Positions 51,791 through 63,346 of a stretch of DNA of 64,000 nt are shown piece after piece; within the stretch, counting starts at the first letter, position 1; every line of letters starts with the position of its first letter. The position numbers and the translations under genes are program-made. Source of the stretch: Mobula birostris (lineage: Eukaryota); assembly GCF_030028105.1 (NCBI RefSeq), contig NC_092379.1, forward strand, positions 26,839,821-26,903,820, written 5' to 3'. The notes under the pieces are model-generated. The model made no database searches. It was not told the origin of the DNA and saw only the letters and a program-made list of their open reading frames with translations.

Positions 51791-54017
51791 AGACAAATTA
51801 CCATCCACACTTTCATTTTACGTTGTTAAATTCGTTCAGCTGTTCGTCTGCTACTATTGTTACTGCTGCTATCCTCTTCATTTCCATATCCTTCTGTGCC
51901 ACAGAGCCAAGGTCGGTGCCAGAGTCACAACAGCTTTTTCTTCCCTAAGTTAGATTGTTCCCCCAAAATGGACAAAGTGTTGTTGAGGGGGGCGCCCACA
52001 TGTGTGCACACGACTGTCTGGTGTTTCCTGGTCCCTCTCCTGACAGTTAAACAGTGATCTCTCTCCTGTAGAGTTGATGTGACTACCACCCTGTTGCTGA
52101 CGTCTATAGCTGTTTCACTTTCCCTAACAAGCCGAAGGTCATCGAACTACAAATTTACATCACTTATACGGTCTCTAACGATCTGCATTTCGATGCACCT
52201 GGGCAGATGTGGTCATCGGAGCGCGGCAGGTGGTCTCCTGAAAATCTCAGATGTGATACCTAGAAGAAAACACCGGCTCTGTAGACGTACCTAGTATTTG
52301 CTCAACAGTTGAGAACGAAACAAAGAAATAAATTACATAGCCCCTGCTTAAACTCGAAAAAAGCCTTGTTGAGCCAAAACCTTACTATTCTGCGTCAGGC
52401 TATCCCGAAGATGACCACTTCTAATGGCGGTATCTCTCCATTATGGACGCTCTGTTCCCCGTCAAAATCTTCGGCGAAACTGCGCGGCCACGCTCCTACT
52501 GGGCCAGTGGAGTATTCAAATCATCGACTACCGTAAAAAAAAAACAAAAAAAAAAACAACTTGCTTTTTAAAAAAATCTATTTGTCCACTCTGTGCGGAA
52601 TCACTTATGTTGCGTATGCCGAATACTTCAATGAATTGCTTGAATTGTCCCTAGATCGAAAGCCAATGTCACTTTCTCGATTAGCCGAATGAGGTTAGCA
52701 CACACCAATGAGATTAAGGTTTGACGCATGAGAATATTCCGGACCATTCGATCATTTTAAAGACGAAACACTCTGTACGGTATGAAACGAATTCTTCAGC
52801 TCCTATAGCAATGCTGAGGGGCAAAGCTCGAGTGTTGTGTTGGCATGTTGTTAGATAACATTCTGATAAGTTTGTAGTTCATTCTTCAGCATTGTTCGGG
52901 GCAGTGCTTTAAACCAGCGGCTAACTAATGTTTCAATTCTACTTTACTTTTCCAAATGTCAATGATTAGGATTATGTCGTTTGATGTTCCATTCTGGTCA
53001 GGCGTAGTTCTGCTTAGCTGTATTTCTAACCCGTTACACATTGAATGACTTTCGTTGCATGGTGTGGAAATCTTTTCTGTCTTTGTCGTTTCGTGCCGCT
53101 ATATGACATTAAATGATGAAATCAGCATTTATTCCTCGATCTTGACCGTCCTTAGAATTATAAACTCATGAAACAGCCTGTAGAATTGTGATATGTCCAG
53201 TCTCCTTATTATGTCATTTCTCAGACCGAATTTGATGATTGTGGGAGTATTAAGAGTATTCATGTTGATTACGATGAGTATTTACCTTTACTTCTGTTAG
53301 AATGCGGTAAGGCAGCCTCATTGGAAAGGTCAGACTTCGAATCTACAACAACACAATAACAAACGCACATTAACACCATTTGAAATCAGAAAAGTCTAAT
53401 TTTCTGAAATTAGAATTTCAGAATTCTAATTTAAGAGTAATTTACGTATTTCAAATATCCATGGTTCGATTGCAAAGAATCTAAATAAAGATTTCATAAC
53501 AAAATTATATGCAAAGTTACAGCCACTCTAAATTTAAGAGCTGCCGATACCTCCAACAGTGATCAAGTTGTGGCAGGAAGAAAGCACCGTTGCTGGCTTC
53601 TGACTTGTCTCTGCAAACATGGTTTCACAAGGTGGTTGTCTCGATTCGAAGATTTCGGTGAAATATGACGATTGGGTCTACTTGCTTGAAACGATTGGAA
53701 GTGAAGAGTAAACACTCGGAAGTATAACACATAAAAAAGCACAATCTAAATGTCGTATAAAATGCATTTGCAATACTTGCACATCTTTCAAGGAAACAGA
53801 AGAGAAGCAGTCTTAAGTCGTGAGGAAGCATGTTTAAAGGAGAACTGCACCCTAAGAGTTTTATTTTAATCTGCAAAGAACATGTTTAGTATCTCTAAAT
53901 CGATGTAAGAGAGGGGGATATAAAGTGATGGAACTTCTGTATTTAATCTACTTAATTTGGCAAATAAAGAGGATTTATACAAAACTTAAGAAGATGAAGT
54001 TGAGAGAGAATGACATA

Positions 54018-54168
54018 ATGGCTACGGGGGGTTAGGGGGTATGGAGGGAAGGCTGGGGCGGGGTTCTGAGTTGGATGATCAGCCATGATCATAATAAATG
54101 GCGGTGCAGGTTCGAATGGGCCGAATGGCCTACTCCTGCACCTATTTTCTATGTTTCTATGTTTCTAT
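54018..54168 (+). mobile_element. CR1 3' tail inserted in duplication copy 1 only
   Basis: Matches 29230-29361 and ends (TTTCTATG)n; absent at the homologous site ~60710 (AATGACATTAATAGGCTTGTCTG). Confidence 0.9.
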
Positions 54169-54574
54169 AAATAAGTTTGTCTGATCGTGGGGAGGGGGTG
54201 GGCTCTGAAGTTACCGTTTCTTTGGCGTAGTTTGCTTGCAGTCTCTGTGTCTTAAGACATTTTGCCAGGTTCAGTTTTCTAAAATGAAAACTTGACTCAC
54301 AGTTGAGCCGACGTGGAATAAACTGGATTTAGACCTTTCTCCGTGCAGTGTGTCTCTTCAACATAGTCGGCAGTGGCCTCCTGAATATGGTACCAGACTC
54401 ATAGCTTTGGACTTTACTAAGAGAATCAAAATCTACTCGGTTATTTGGTAGGAGATTATATGAAATAACTTCTGATCCTACCGACTTTGCCATTGACTCT
54501 AGTATACAGCTGAATAGTTATCTCTGAGGAAGTAACTTATGTGTGGTCTCGCGAAATCTGCTAACTTCCAGTTG

Positions 54575-54719
54575 ATTGGCTGTGTTGAGGAAAAAAGAAA
54601 TGGTGCAGGATTGGTAGAAATCAGGAAAGGAGTTGATTGGTGGATTCGAGAATCAGGAAGAGTATTATGAAGTGTGTGAGACCAATGGCTTCTTAACAAA
54701 AGAGAGGGCACTCCTGACG
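54575..54719 (+). promoter_or_regulatory. V promoter: four CCAAT boxes plus TGACG half-CRE
   Basis: ATTGG at 54575, 54610 and 54636; CCAAT at 54682; TGACG at 54715. All are retained in copy 2. Confidence 0.6.
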
Positions 54720-54788
54720 AACCACTGAGTAAATTTCTTTGAGAATAACATTGTGTTATTACAAATCCATGGTGAACGGATTGCAGTC

Positions 54789-54834
54789 ATGCGGGTCCTA
54801 TATTTGTTTCTTATTGCAGCAGCGCTTCTGATTG
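54789..54834 (+). CDS. TRAV: TCR V leader exon (signal peptide), copy 1
   Basis: MRVLYLFLIAAALLI+G; 46 nt, phase 1, donor GTAAGT. Confidence 0.9.
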
Positions 54835-55310
54835 GTAAGTTTCTCGACATTTTGAAAACCATTGTTCTCACCATGATGAACAGGTTAATGTATCACTGAA
54901 TATCAGTAACACAACATTGGTCATGACATGAAAGGATTTGGGAATACGATAGTAACATGGATCCAAATCTATTGCAACTGGCAATAGAATGTTTGATGTG
55001 CCTATCCAGGCCAACCACAGGCGAATCCGTCGCAATCCTTGGCGGGGAAGAGTTGTCTTTGTATTCCTCCTGAGATGCAATAAGTGCAAGAAATCCGTTA
55101 TGGAAGTGATTGGGAGTTTTCTCAAAAAGATAATTTAATTCGGTCTTTCTTGCCACTTCTGCTAATTTTAGTCGAGAGTTTAACTCAAATTGGAACCCCC
55201 ACATCTCTGATCGGGCAGTACTGAGGAGCCAGGGTTTGCATCGGAGATATGCGAGCAGAAAATTGATATTTCTTGATTGAAATTTTGAACTTCTTTTTTG
55301 TCTATAACAG

Positions 55311-55617
55311 GACATTGCCGAGGCGACGCTGTTCATCAGTCCCCTGCTGTCACCACAGTCGCGGAACGGGAAGGTGCAGTGTTAAACTGTAACTATACTA
55401 CTACAAGAGCAAGCAGCCCTGCATTAATCTGGTACCGTCAGTATCCCGGAGGTTCTCTGGAGTTTCTTTTGCTCCGTTCGAAATTCGACAAACACCTAGA
55501 GAATATTCCTCGACAGCGGTTCACGGCGCAGCTGAATGATACGAGCAGAACGGTCCCGCTGACAGTATCGGAAACACATCTAGGAGACACTGCCATGTAT
55601 TACTGCGCTCTGACACC
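55311..55617 (+). CDS. TRAV: TCR alpha/delta-type V exon, intact, copy 1
   Basis: Acceptor TTTTTTGTCTATAACAG, then GHCRG-DAVHQSPAVTTVAEREGAVLNCNYTTTRASSPALIWYRQYPGGSLEFLLLRSKFDKHLENIPRQRFTAQLNDTSRTVPLTVSETHLGDTAMYYCALT. Both Cys, the Trp and the DTAMYYC motif are intact. Confidence 0.95.
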
Positions 55618-55656
55618 CACAGGAGTACAGAACTAGTCTGAACCTGTACAATAACT
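55618..55656 (+). other. Recombination signal sequence, 23-bp spacer
   Basis: CACAGGA, 23 nt, ACAATAACT. Confidence 0.9.
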
Positions 55657-56529
55657 ACTTTAGTTCTCTGGTGGCTGCTAGGTTCAATAGCCGCTTTCCG
55701 TGCGTCTGTAGCTCTTTGGTCGACCCGCCATATGTATAAATGCCTATACATTTCCTCAGATTCTTATCCAATAGATTGAGTCGCCTTCAGCCTTAACTCT
55801 TCAATCTGTTCTAATGCACATGCAGCCACCAAAATTCCGTTTCTAGTCTTTCACACGACAAAGGAAACGATAACCTTCCATTGTTTCTTTTTTTCACTCA
55901 CCATTACGAAAAAAAGAACCTCTTTCACTTGCATTGGTGTGGATGCGGATGCTGTAGTGAAATGTTGTTTATTCTCCAATATACTACTGTGTTAAAATCT
56001 CACATTTTCCGCAATTTAATATTAATTACAGGTTTTAAAATGAAAACTTATTGTTTTATTTGTTTTTACGTATCAATATTTCTTTCCGAAGCTATACTGG
56101 AGCGCCCGCGTATGGTTTTCTATGCTAAGTAACTGCAATCTAACATTGCCGGGGGTGTTCACAACCGTATATGTATATATATAAAACAAAATACAAGCAG
56201 GTGGTTGCTCTTGTACAGGACGAAATTGCATTTTAATTTACCGCTCGACCTCACTGAGTCAGTTGAGGAAGATGCAGTTTACAGAGCGACCATTATTGTT
56301 TCTTTCCTCAGAATTGCACAGCTAACACCTCTCGTTTCAGGAAATAACATCAACACCACTTATGACACTGTACAACAATGTCTGTGTGCTGAGTAACAGA
56401 AACACTGTGGACAATTTAGCGAGGAATGCGTAAGGTGAACATCGAAAGATTTTTCATGTAAAAAAAAAGTTAATGCCAGGGCTTGCCAAAGTGTCAATGG
56501 TATGAACAGTTGAAATCTGCTGATATGTA

Positions 56530-56835
56530 CAGTCGTCAAGTTAGGTCAAATTTATTTATAAAGCACTTTTAAAAAACAACACATGTTGACCAAGGTGTTG
56601 TACAAACCACAACAGGTATCTAAAATCGCAAATACTACAGATACAGATATAAACATCAAGGTACACAGATTTAAGTCACAAAATAAACAACACATTCCCC
56701 TAGGCACAAGCTAAAAGTCAGCCACATTAGGAAGATTCAAAAGCTAACGAATAATGGTAATTTTTGAGCCTGGACTTCAAGAGTCAATGGAGGGGCCAGA
56801 TCTGATAGCGAGGAGAATGCTGTTCTACTGTCTAG
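56530..56835 (-). mobile_element. Probable L2-type LINE 3' tail (truncated paralog at ~63030-63150)
   Basis: TTTATTTATAAAGCAC...TTTTGAGCCTGGACTTCAAGAGTCAATGGAGGGG resembles vertebrate L2 3' ends. Confidence 0.45.
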
Positions 56836-59800
56836 GATCTACAGCTTATCAAACAATAATGTTATATGCAGAGTTCATGCAAACATTATAATAAATATTA
56901 TGTAAATAAAGTTTTGTCTTCTGACTATTGGATATGTTATGATATGGACGTTGACTACTGCGAATTCGAAAGGGTGCTACATTGCTTTAAAAATAAACAG
57001 TTAAAATATCTTTAGCAACATCAACATGAAATTCTTCTGGCGTCAGAGAAGCTATTTTGCCTCGTGAAATAGAGCCCGAAAAGTAAATGAATGAGTCCTG
57101 CGGGTCTGTGCACTATATTTGCGAACTTTCGTCCCAGCTACAGTCGTTAAGCCCTGCGTTGTGTGTGTTTTTTTTTTTTTTACATTGTCTAGTTTATTTT
57201 CACTAGCACGGGTTTCCACATTCTATGGTAAATTAAAGCGAAATCCTAGTAAGCGCTGATGGCAAATCATTTTGTTCGAGAATGGTTCAACACCCAATGT
57301 CACCCGGTCAAGCCTCTGGTGATCCATCAATAGTTCCTTCAAATAAACTGTTGCTTCCTTGTCCAGATGTCAGTTCTCCGCAGTAGGGTCAGTCATTTCT
57401 TCAGTGCACACTGCAACTATAAATTAGGGAAATGTGATACGATTTTTTCTTTTTTTTTTTGCGCGGGGGAGGTGATGATCTTATTTAAATACAATTTGCC
57501 TTGTGGAACGTTGACTGCTGTAATCTCAATTGTGGATAGAGTTAATATTTTCTGTCCCTTTTATTTCTCAACCATTGTCATCAGTTTAATAAAGGAAAGC
57601 TGTAGATAGATTTTTCTATGGTAACTAGATCAAATAGATATTAAAACATTGTAGTATGAAACAGATATGGACGAATGTTTGAGAGATTAGTTTCAACACG
57701 TGTTTGAGTATGAAGAACATTGTGTACATATGGCTGAATAATTCAGTTTTTAATGTGCAGAATTAATAAATTTAATAAAGAAGTCAGCTTTTCTAATTTA
57801 TTATGGCTGGTGTAATTTGAACAGAATATGATCAATATGAACAGCATGAACGTTACAGTGACCGTGTCTGTACGAGGACGAACATAAGTTGATTAATTTA
57901 AATGAAGCCCGTAAGGTAAAATCTAAGTCCATGGAGCTCCGTGTAACGTGACGATTAATGGGTTCTAAATCCTAGCAAAAATTCTGTATTTTAAAACACG
58001 TTACAGGTAGTAGAATAACACGGAAAAAGCGGTGATAATGCAAATGGTGGAAAATAGAATGCCATTCCTATTCAGGTGACGAACGCTCTTGAAAATATGT
58101 CATAAAATGGTTTAATAAGACGAGTTATTATATATCTCCCCACTAGGATGACAGCAACAGCGCCCAGCAGAATCCTTGGGAATTTAAATTGCGACGTAAA
58201 CAGCGAAAATATACATTACTTCTAATAAGTAGGGACTGAGCCACGACCGAGGATAAAATGAAGAATATCCGTATTACTTCACTCCGGTATGTCATGTCAA
58301 CAAACCACGCTGGAGTCAGGAAACGACAAAAAAATTGAAGTGTTTTCTGAGATTCTTCGTGTTTAGCAGCCGACAATGTTCTCCTTGTATTTTTAAGTGT
58401 CTGTAGGTTTCATACTACAGAAACACTTGAAAATCAATTGTTCATTAATTAAGTTGAGTGCATTATGACTGGCACTCTGAAAACATCTTCTAGTATGCAA
58501 ATATATATGGCAAATCGTAATAGTCTCTGAACTCCAAAATAACCAAACTGTATACTTTCTACTTTTTAGTAATCTACAAAACAGTGATGAATGCAAACCG
58601 CATTATGGAAAGGTTTAAAATACATTGCTGTGAGCCAATAAAAATCTTCAATTTAATCAGACGTTGGCAAGAAGTGTGGAGCCATGTCTGAGACTGATCG
58701 GTTCTGCTTCCATCAACTCCCTCTACTGAAAGTTGCACAGTAACCTGTGTCCTGTAGAATTAGTGTGACTACCACCCTGTTGCTCCTGTCTATAACTGTT
58801 TCACTTTCCCTAACAAGCCGAAGGTCATCGAACTGCAACTTTTCTTCCCTTATACGTTCTCTAACAATCTGCATTTCGATACACCTGTGCAGATGTGGCC
58901 ATCGGAGCGCAGCTGGTGGTCTCCAGAACATCCCAAATATGACACCCAGAGGAGAACACCGGCTCTGTAGACATACCCACTATTCTCTGAACAGTTGAAT
59001 AAGAAATACAGAAAGGAATTGCATAGCCCCTCCGTAAACTCGAAGAAGCCCTTTTGTGCTAAAGCCTTACAAATCTGCTCCATGCTATCCCGACAATGAC
59101 CACTTCGAAAGGCGGTGTTTCTCCTTTATAGACACTTCGTTCCCCGTCGAAATAATTCAGCGAGCCTGCGCGGCAACGTACCTACTGGGGCAGTGGAGCA
59201 CGCCAGTCATTGACTCCAGTAGGAAAAAAAAAATAAAACTTGCGGTTTCTCCTTTTTTTTTTATCTAATTGTCCGCTCTGTGCGGGGGAAAAAAAAAAAA
59301 AAAAACAAACAAACAAACTTCTCTTGCATCTGCTCAGTACTCCAATGAACTGTGCGAATTGTTCCTGGATCGAAGGCCGACGTCATTTTCCCGATCAGCT
59401 AAAGGAGGTTGGCACCCACCAATGAGATAAAGGCTTTGCGCATGCGAATATTTCTATTCATGCGATCAATTTACAGACGAAACACACTCTGCGGTATGAA
59501 ACGATATCTTCACCTCCTATTACCGTGCTAAGGAGCAAAGATTTAATGTCGTCTTGGAATGTTGTTAGGTAACATTACAATTAGTTTGTAGTTCATTGTT
59601 CAGCATTGTTCGGAACAGTGCTTCAAACAAACTAACGTTTAAGTTCTACTTTGCTTTTCCAAATGGCATCGATGGGAATCTTGTCGTTTTATGCTCTATT
59701 CTGATCAGACGCCTTTCTACTTAGCTTTATCGTTAACCCGTGCATACTAAAGGTCACGTTGTACTTTGAATGAGCTTGGCTGCGTTGCGTGGATATCTTG

Positions 59801-61107
59801 ATGTCTTTGTCTTTTCTTGACACTATATGTTATTAAAGGATGAAATCAACATTTATTCCTCGATCTTGACTGACGTTAGCATTATAAGCTCATGAAAGAG
59901 CCCGTAGAAATGTGATATGTCCGGTCTTGTTATTATATCAGTTCTCAGCAAAACTTAACATCTCATACCGAATTTGATGAATGCGAGTTTATTAAGAGTA
60001 TTCATGTTGTTTCCGGTAATTTCTTGCATTTACTTTTGATAGAATGGGTAGCGCAGAGTCATTGGAAAGTTTAGACGTCGAATCTACGACAACACAATGA
60101 AAAAATGTACATGTCACTGTTAGAACTCAGAAAACAGAGTAATTTACGTATTTCTAATAACTATGGTTTGATTGCAAAGAATCTAAATAAAGATTTCATA
60201 ACACAATTATATGCAACGTTACATCCACGCTGAATATAAGGGATACCGATACCTCCGACAGTGATCAAGTTCTGGCAGAAGAAGGCGCCGTTGCTGAGCT
60301 CTGGCTTGTCTCTGCAAACATGGTTTCAGAAGGTGATTGTCTCTATTCGCAGATTTTGGTGAAATACGACGATTGGGTCTACTTGCTTCAAATGATTGGA
60401 GGTGCAGAGTGAACACACGGAGGTATATCAGATAAAAAGCCACAATCGAAATGTGGTATAAAATACATTTGCAATACTTGACGGAAACAGAAGAGGGTGC
60501 AATCTTAAGGTGTGAGGAAGCAACTTTAAAGGAGAACTGCACCATAAGAGTTGCTTTTTGTCTATTCTGCAAAGAACATGTTTGATATCTCTAAATCGCA
60601 GTCAGAGGGGGTTATATATGGTGTTGTAACTTCTGTAGTTAAGCTAGTTAATTTGGCAAAGGAAATAGTGTTTATGCAGAACATTGGAAGATGGAGTTGG
60701 GAAACAATGACATTAATAGGCTTGTCTGATCTTTGAGGGCTGAAGTTACCGATTCCTTACCGTAGTTTGCTTGGAGTCTCTGTGTCCTATGAAATTTTGC
60801 CAAGTTCGTTTCTGAAGGATGAAAACTGAGCCGACGTGGATTAAACTGGTAGTGCAGAACTTTTTTCGTGCAGTGTGTCTCTTCAACATAGTCTGTCATT
60901 GTTGTTTTCCCTCCTAAAGACGGTACCAAACTCATAGCTTTGTACTATACAAAGAGAAACAAAATCTACTCCGTTATTTAGTACGATATTATATAAAACA
61001 ACTTCTGATCCTGCCGTCTTTGCCGTTGAGTCTTATATACAGCTGAATCGTTAGCTCTGAGTAAGTAACTTATGTGCGGTCTCAGGCAATCTGCCACCTT
61101 TCAGCTG

Positions 61108-61253
61108 ATTGGCTGTGTTGAGGAACAAAGATATAGTACAGGATTGGAAGAAATGAGAAAGTAAGCTGATTGGTGGACATCGAAAAGCAAAGAGCGGCAT
61201 GTTAAGTGGATGAGACCAATGTCCTCTTAAGAAACGATAAGGCACTCCTGACG
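61108..61253 (+). promoter_or_regulatory. V promoter: four CCAAT boxes plus TGACG half-CRE
   Basis: ATTGG at 61108, 61143 and 61169; CCAAT at 61216; TGACG at 61249. Confidence 0.6.
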
Positions 61254-61321
61254 AACCACAATTAAACTTGCTTGAGAATAACATTGTTTCGTTACAAATC
61301 CATAGTGGACGGATCACAGAC

Positions 61322-61367
61322 ATGCGGGTCCTATATTTGTTTCTTAATGCAGCAGCTCTTCTGGCTG
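61322..61367 (+). CDS. TRAV: TCR V leader exon (signal peptide), copy 2
   Basis: MRVLYLFLNAAALLA+G; 46 nt, donor GTAAGT. Confidence 0.9.
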
Positions 61368-61846
61368 GTAAGTTTCTCGACATTTTGAAAACCGGCGTTC
61401 TCACCATGCTGAACAGGATAATTTATCTCTAATTATCAGTAGCGCAACAATGATCATGGCATGAAAGGATTTGGAAGTGCGATAGTAACATAGATCCAAA
61501 TCTCTTGCAACTGGAAATAGAATGTTTGATGCGTATATCCTGGACAACCACAGCCGAATCGGCCCCAGTCCTTGGCGGGGAAGTGTTGCTTTTTTTTTTT
61601 TCCTCCTGTGATGCAATGGGTATAAAAACTCGTTGATGAGGCGATTGGGAGTTTTCTCAAAAGATAATTGAATTCGGGCTATCTTGCCACCCCTGCTAAT
61701 TTTAGAAGCGAGTTTTACCTCAAGTTGAAGCCCCCACCCCGCTGCTCGGGCTGTAGAAAGAATGCAAGAGTTAGATTCGGAATTATGCAAGAAGAATATT
61801 GATATTCATTGATTGAAATTTTGAAATTATTTTTGGACTATAACAG

Positions 61847-62153
61847 GACATTGCCGAGGCGACGCTGTTTATCAGTCACCTGCTGTCACCACAGTCGCGG
61901 AAGGGAAAGTTGCCGTGTTAAACTGTAACTACACAACTGCAAGCTTAAATAACCCTGCACTATTCTGGTACCGTCAGTATCCCGAAGGGTCTCTGGAGTT
62001 TCTTTTGCTCCGTTCGAAATTCGACAAACAGCAAGAGAATATTCCCCGACAACGGTTCACGGCGCAACTGAGTGATTCGAGCAGAACGGTCCCACTGACA
62101 ATATCTGAAACACATCTAGGAGACACTGCCATGTATTACTGTGCTCTGAGCCC
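61847..62153 (+). CDS. TRAV: TCR alpha/delta-type V exon, intact, copy 2
   Basis: Acceptor GGACTATAACAG, then GHCRG-DAVYQSPAVTTVAEGKVAVLNCNYTTASLNNPALFWYRQYPEGSLEFLLLRSKFDKQQENIPRQRFTAQLSDSSRTVPLTISETHLGDTAMYYCALS. Confidence 0.95.
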
Positions 62154-62192
62154 CACAGGGGTACAGAACTAGTCTAACCCTGTACAATAACC
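62154..62192 (+). other. Recombination signal sequence, 23-bp spacer
   Basis: CACAGGG, 23 nt, ACAATAACC. Confidence 0.9.
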
Positions 62193-63314
62193 AGTTTTTT
62201 TCTCTGGTGGCTGCTAAGTATAATAGCCGACTTCTGAGCGTCCGTAGGTCATTTGTCAACCCGGGATTTGTCTAAATTTCAATATATTTCTTGAGATTAT
62301 TACTCTTCAATATGTTCCAATGCACATGCAGCCACCAAAATCTCGCCTCTCGTCTTTAAGCCGACAAAGGAAACGACAACCTTCCATTGTTTCTTTTTAC
62401 ACTCACCATTTCGAAGAAGAGTTTCTTCCCCTTGCATTGGGGTGGATGCAGATTCTGGAGTGAAATGTTGTTTATTCTGCAGTATACTACTGTGTTAAAA
62501 TCTTACATTTTCCGGAATGTATTATCAATTGCAGTTTTTAACATGAAGACTTATTGTTTTATTTGCTCTTACTTCTAAAAAATTATTTCAAAACCATACT
62601 GCAGCGCCCTCGTATGGTTTACGAAGTAACTGCAATGTAACGTTGTCGGGGTGTACACAACGATCACAAAGAACAAGCAGGTGGGTGCTCTTGTACAGTG
62701 CGAATTTGAATTTTAATTTACCACTCACCCTCACTGAACTAATCAAGGTAGATGTAGTTTACAGAGCGAGCATTATTTTTTTTCTTTTCTTTCCTCAGAA
62801 ATGCACAGCTGCACCTCTCGTTTCAGGAAATAACACTATCACCACTCATAACATTACGCAAAAAAGTCTGTGTAATGAGTAACAGAAACACTATGGACAA
62901 TTGAACGAGGAATGGGTATCGTGAACACCAAAAGGTTTATCAGGAAAAAAAAAACAGACGTTAACAGTAAGGCTTGCCGAAGTGTCAATGATATGAGCAG
63001 TCGAAATCCTTTGCTATGTTCAATCAACTCAAATCAAGTTTATTTATAAAGCATTTTTAAAACAACCTATGTTGACTAAAGTGCTGTACAAACCATAACA
63101 GATAGATAAAATCGCAAATAAAAGAAGCACAGATACAAACACAAGGCGTACAGCTTTTCACACTCCTTATTTCGTATTTCTTTTGAAATACGTTTTGTCC
63201 TTTTACTCTGGAGTTCCTGCGGGTGGAAATATAAACAGGCTAAACGCATCGCTTGGGGCCCGGCCGTTAATTTTTCCTAATCAAAACAACGTGGCAGGCA
63301 ATCCATTTGTTTTT

Positions 63315-63346
63315 TAAATAAATAAATAAATAAATAAATAAAATAA
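63315..63346. repeat. (TAAA)n microsatellite
   Basis: About seven TAAA units. Confidence 0.9.

Larger units (their letters stand above)
52010..56670 (+). repeat. Tandem segmental duplication, copy 1 (V cassette)
   Basis: Colinear with 58695-63150 throughout (e.g. GACTACCACCCTGTTGCT at 52081 and 58767; shared L2 tail at the right end). Confidence 0.92.
58695..63150 (+). repeat. Tandem segmental duplication, copy 2 (V cassette)
   Basis: Colinear with 52010-56670. The offset is ~6686 upstream of the CR1 insertion and 6533 at the leader ATG. Confidence 0.92.
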
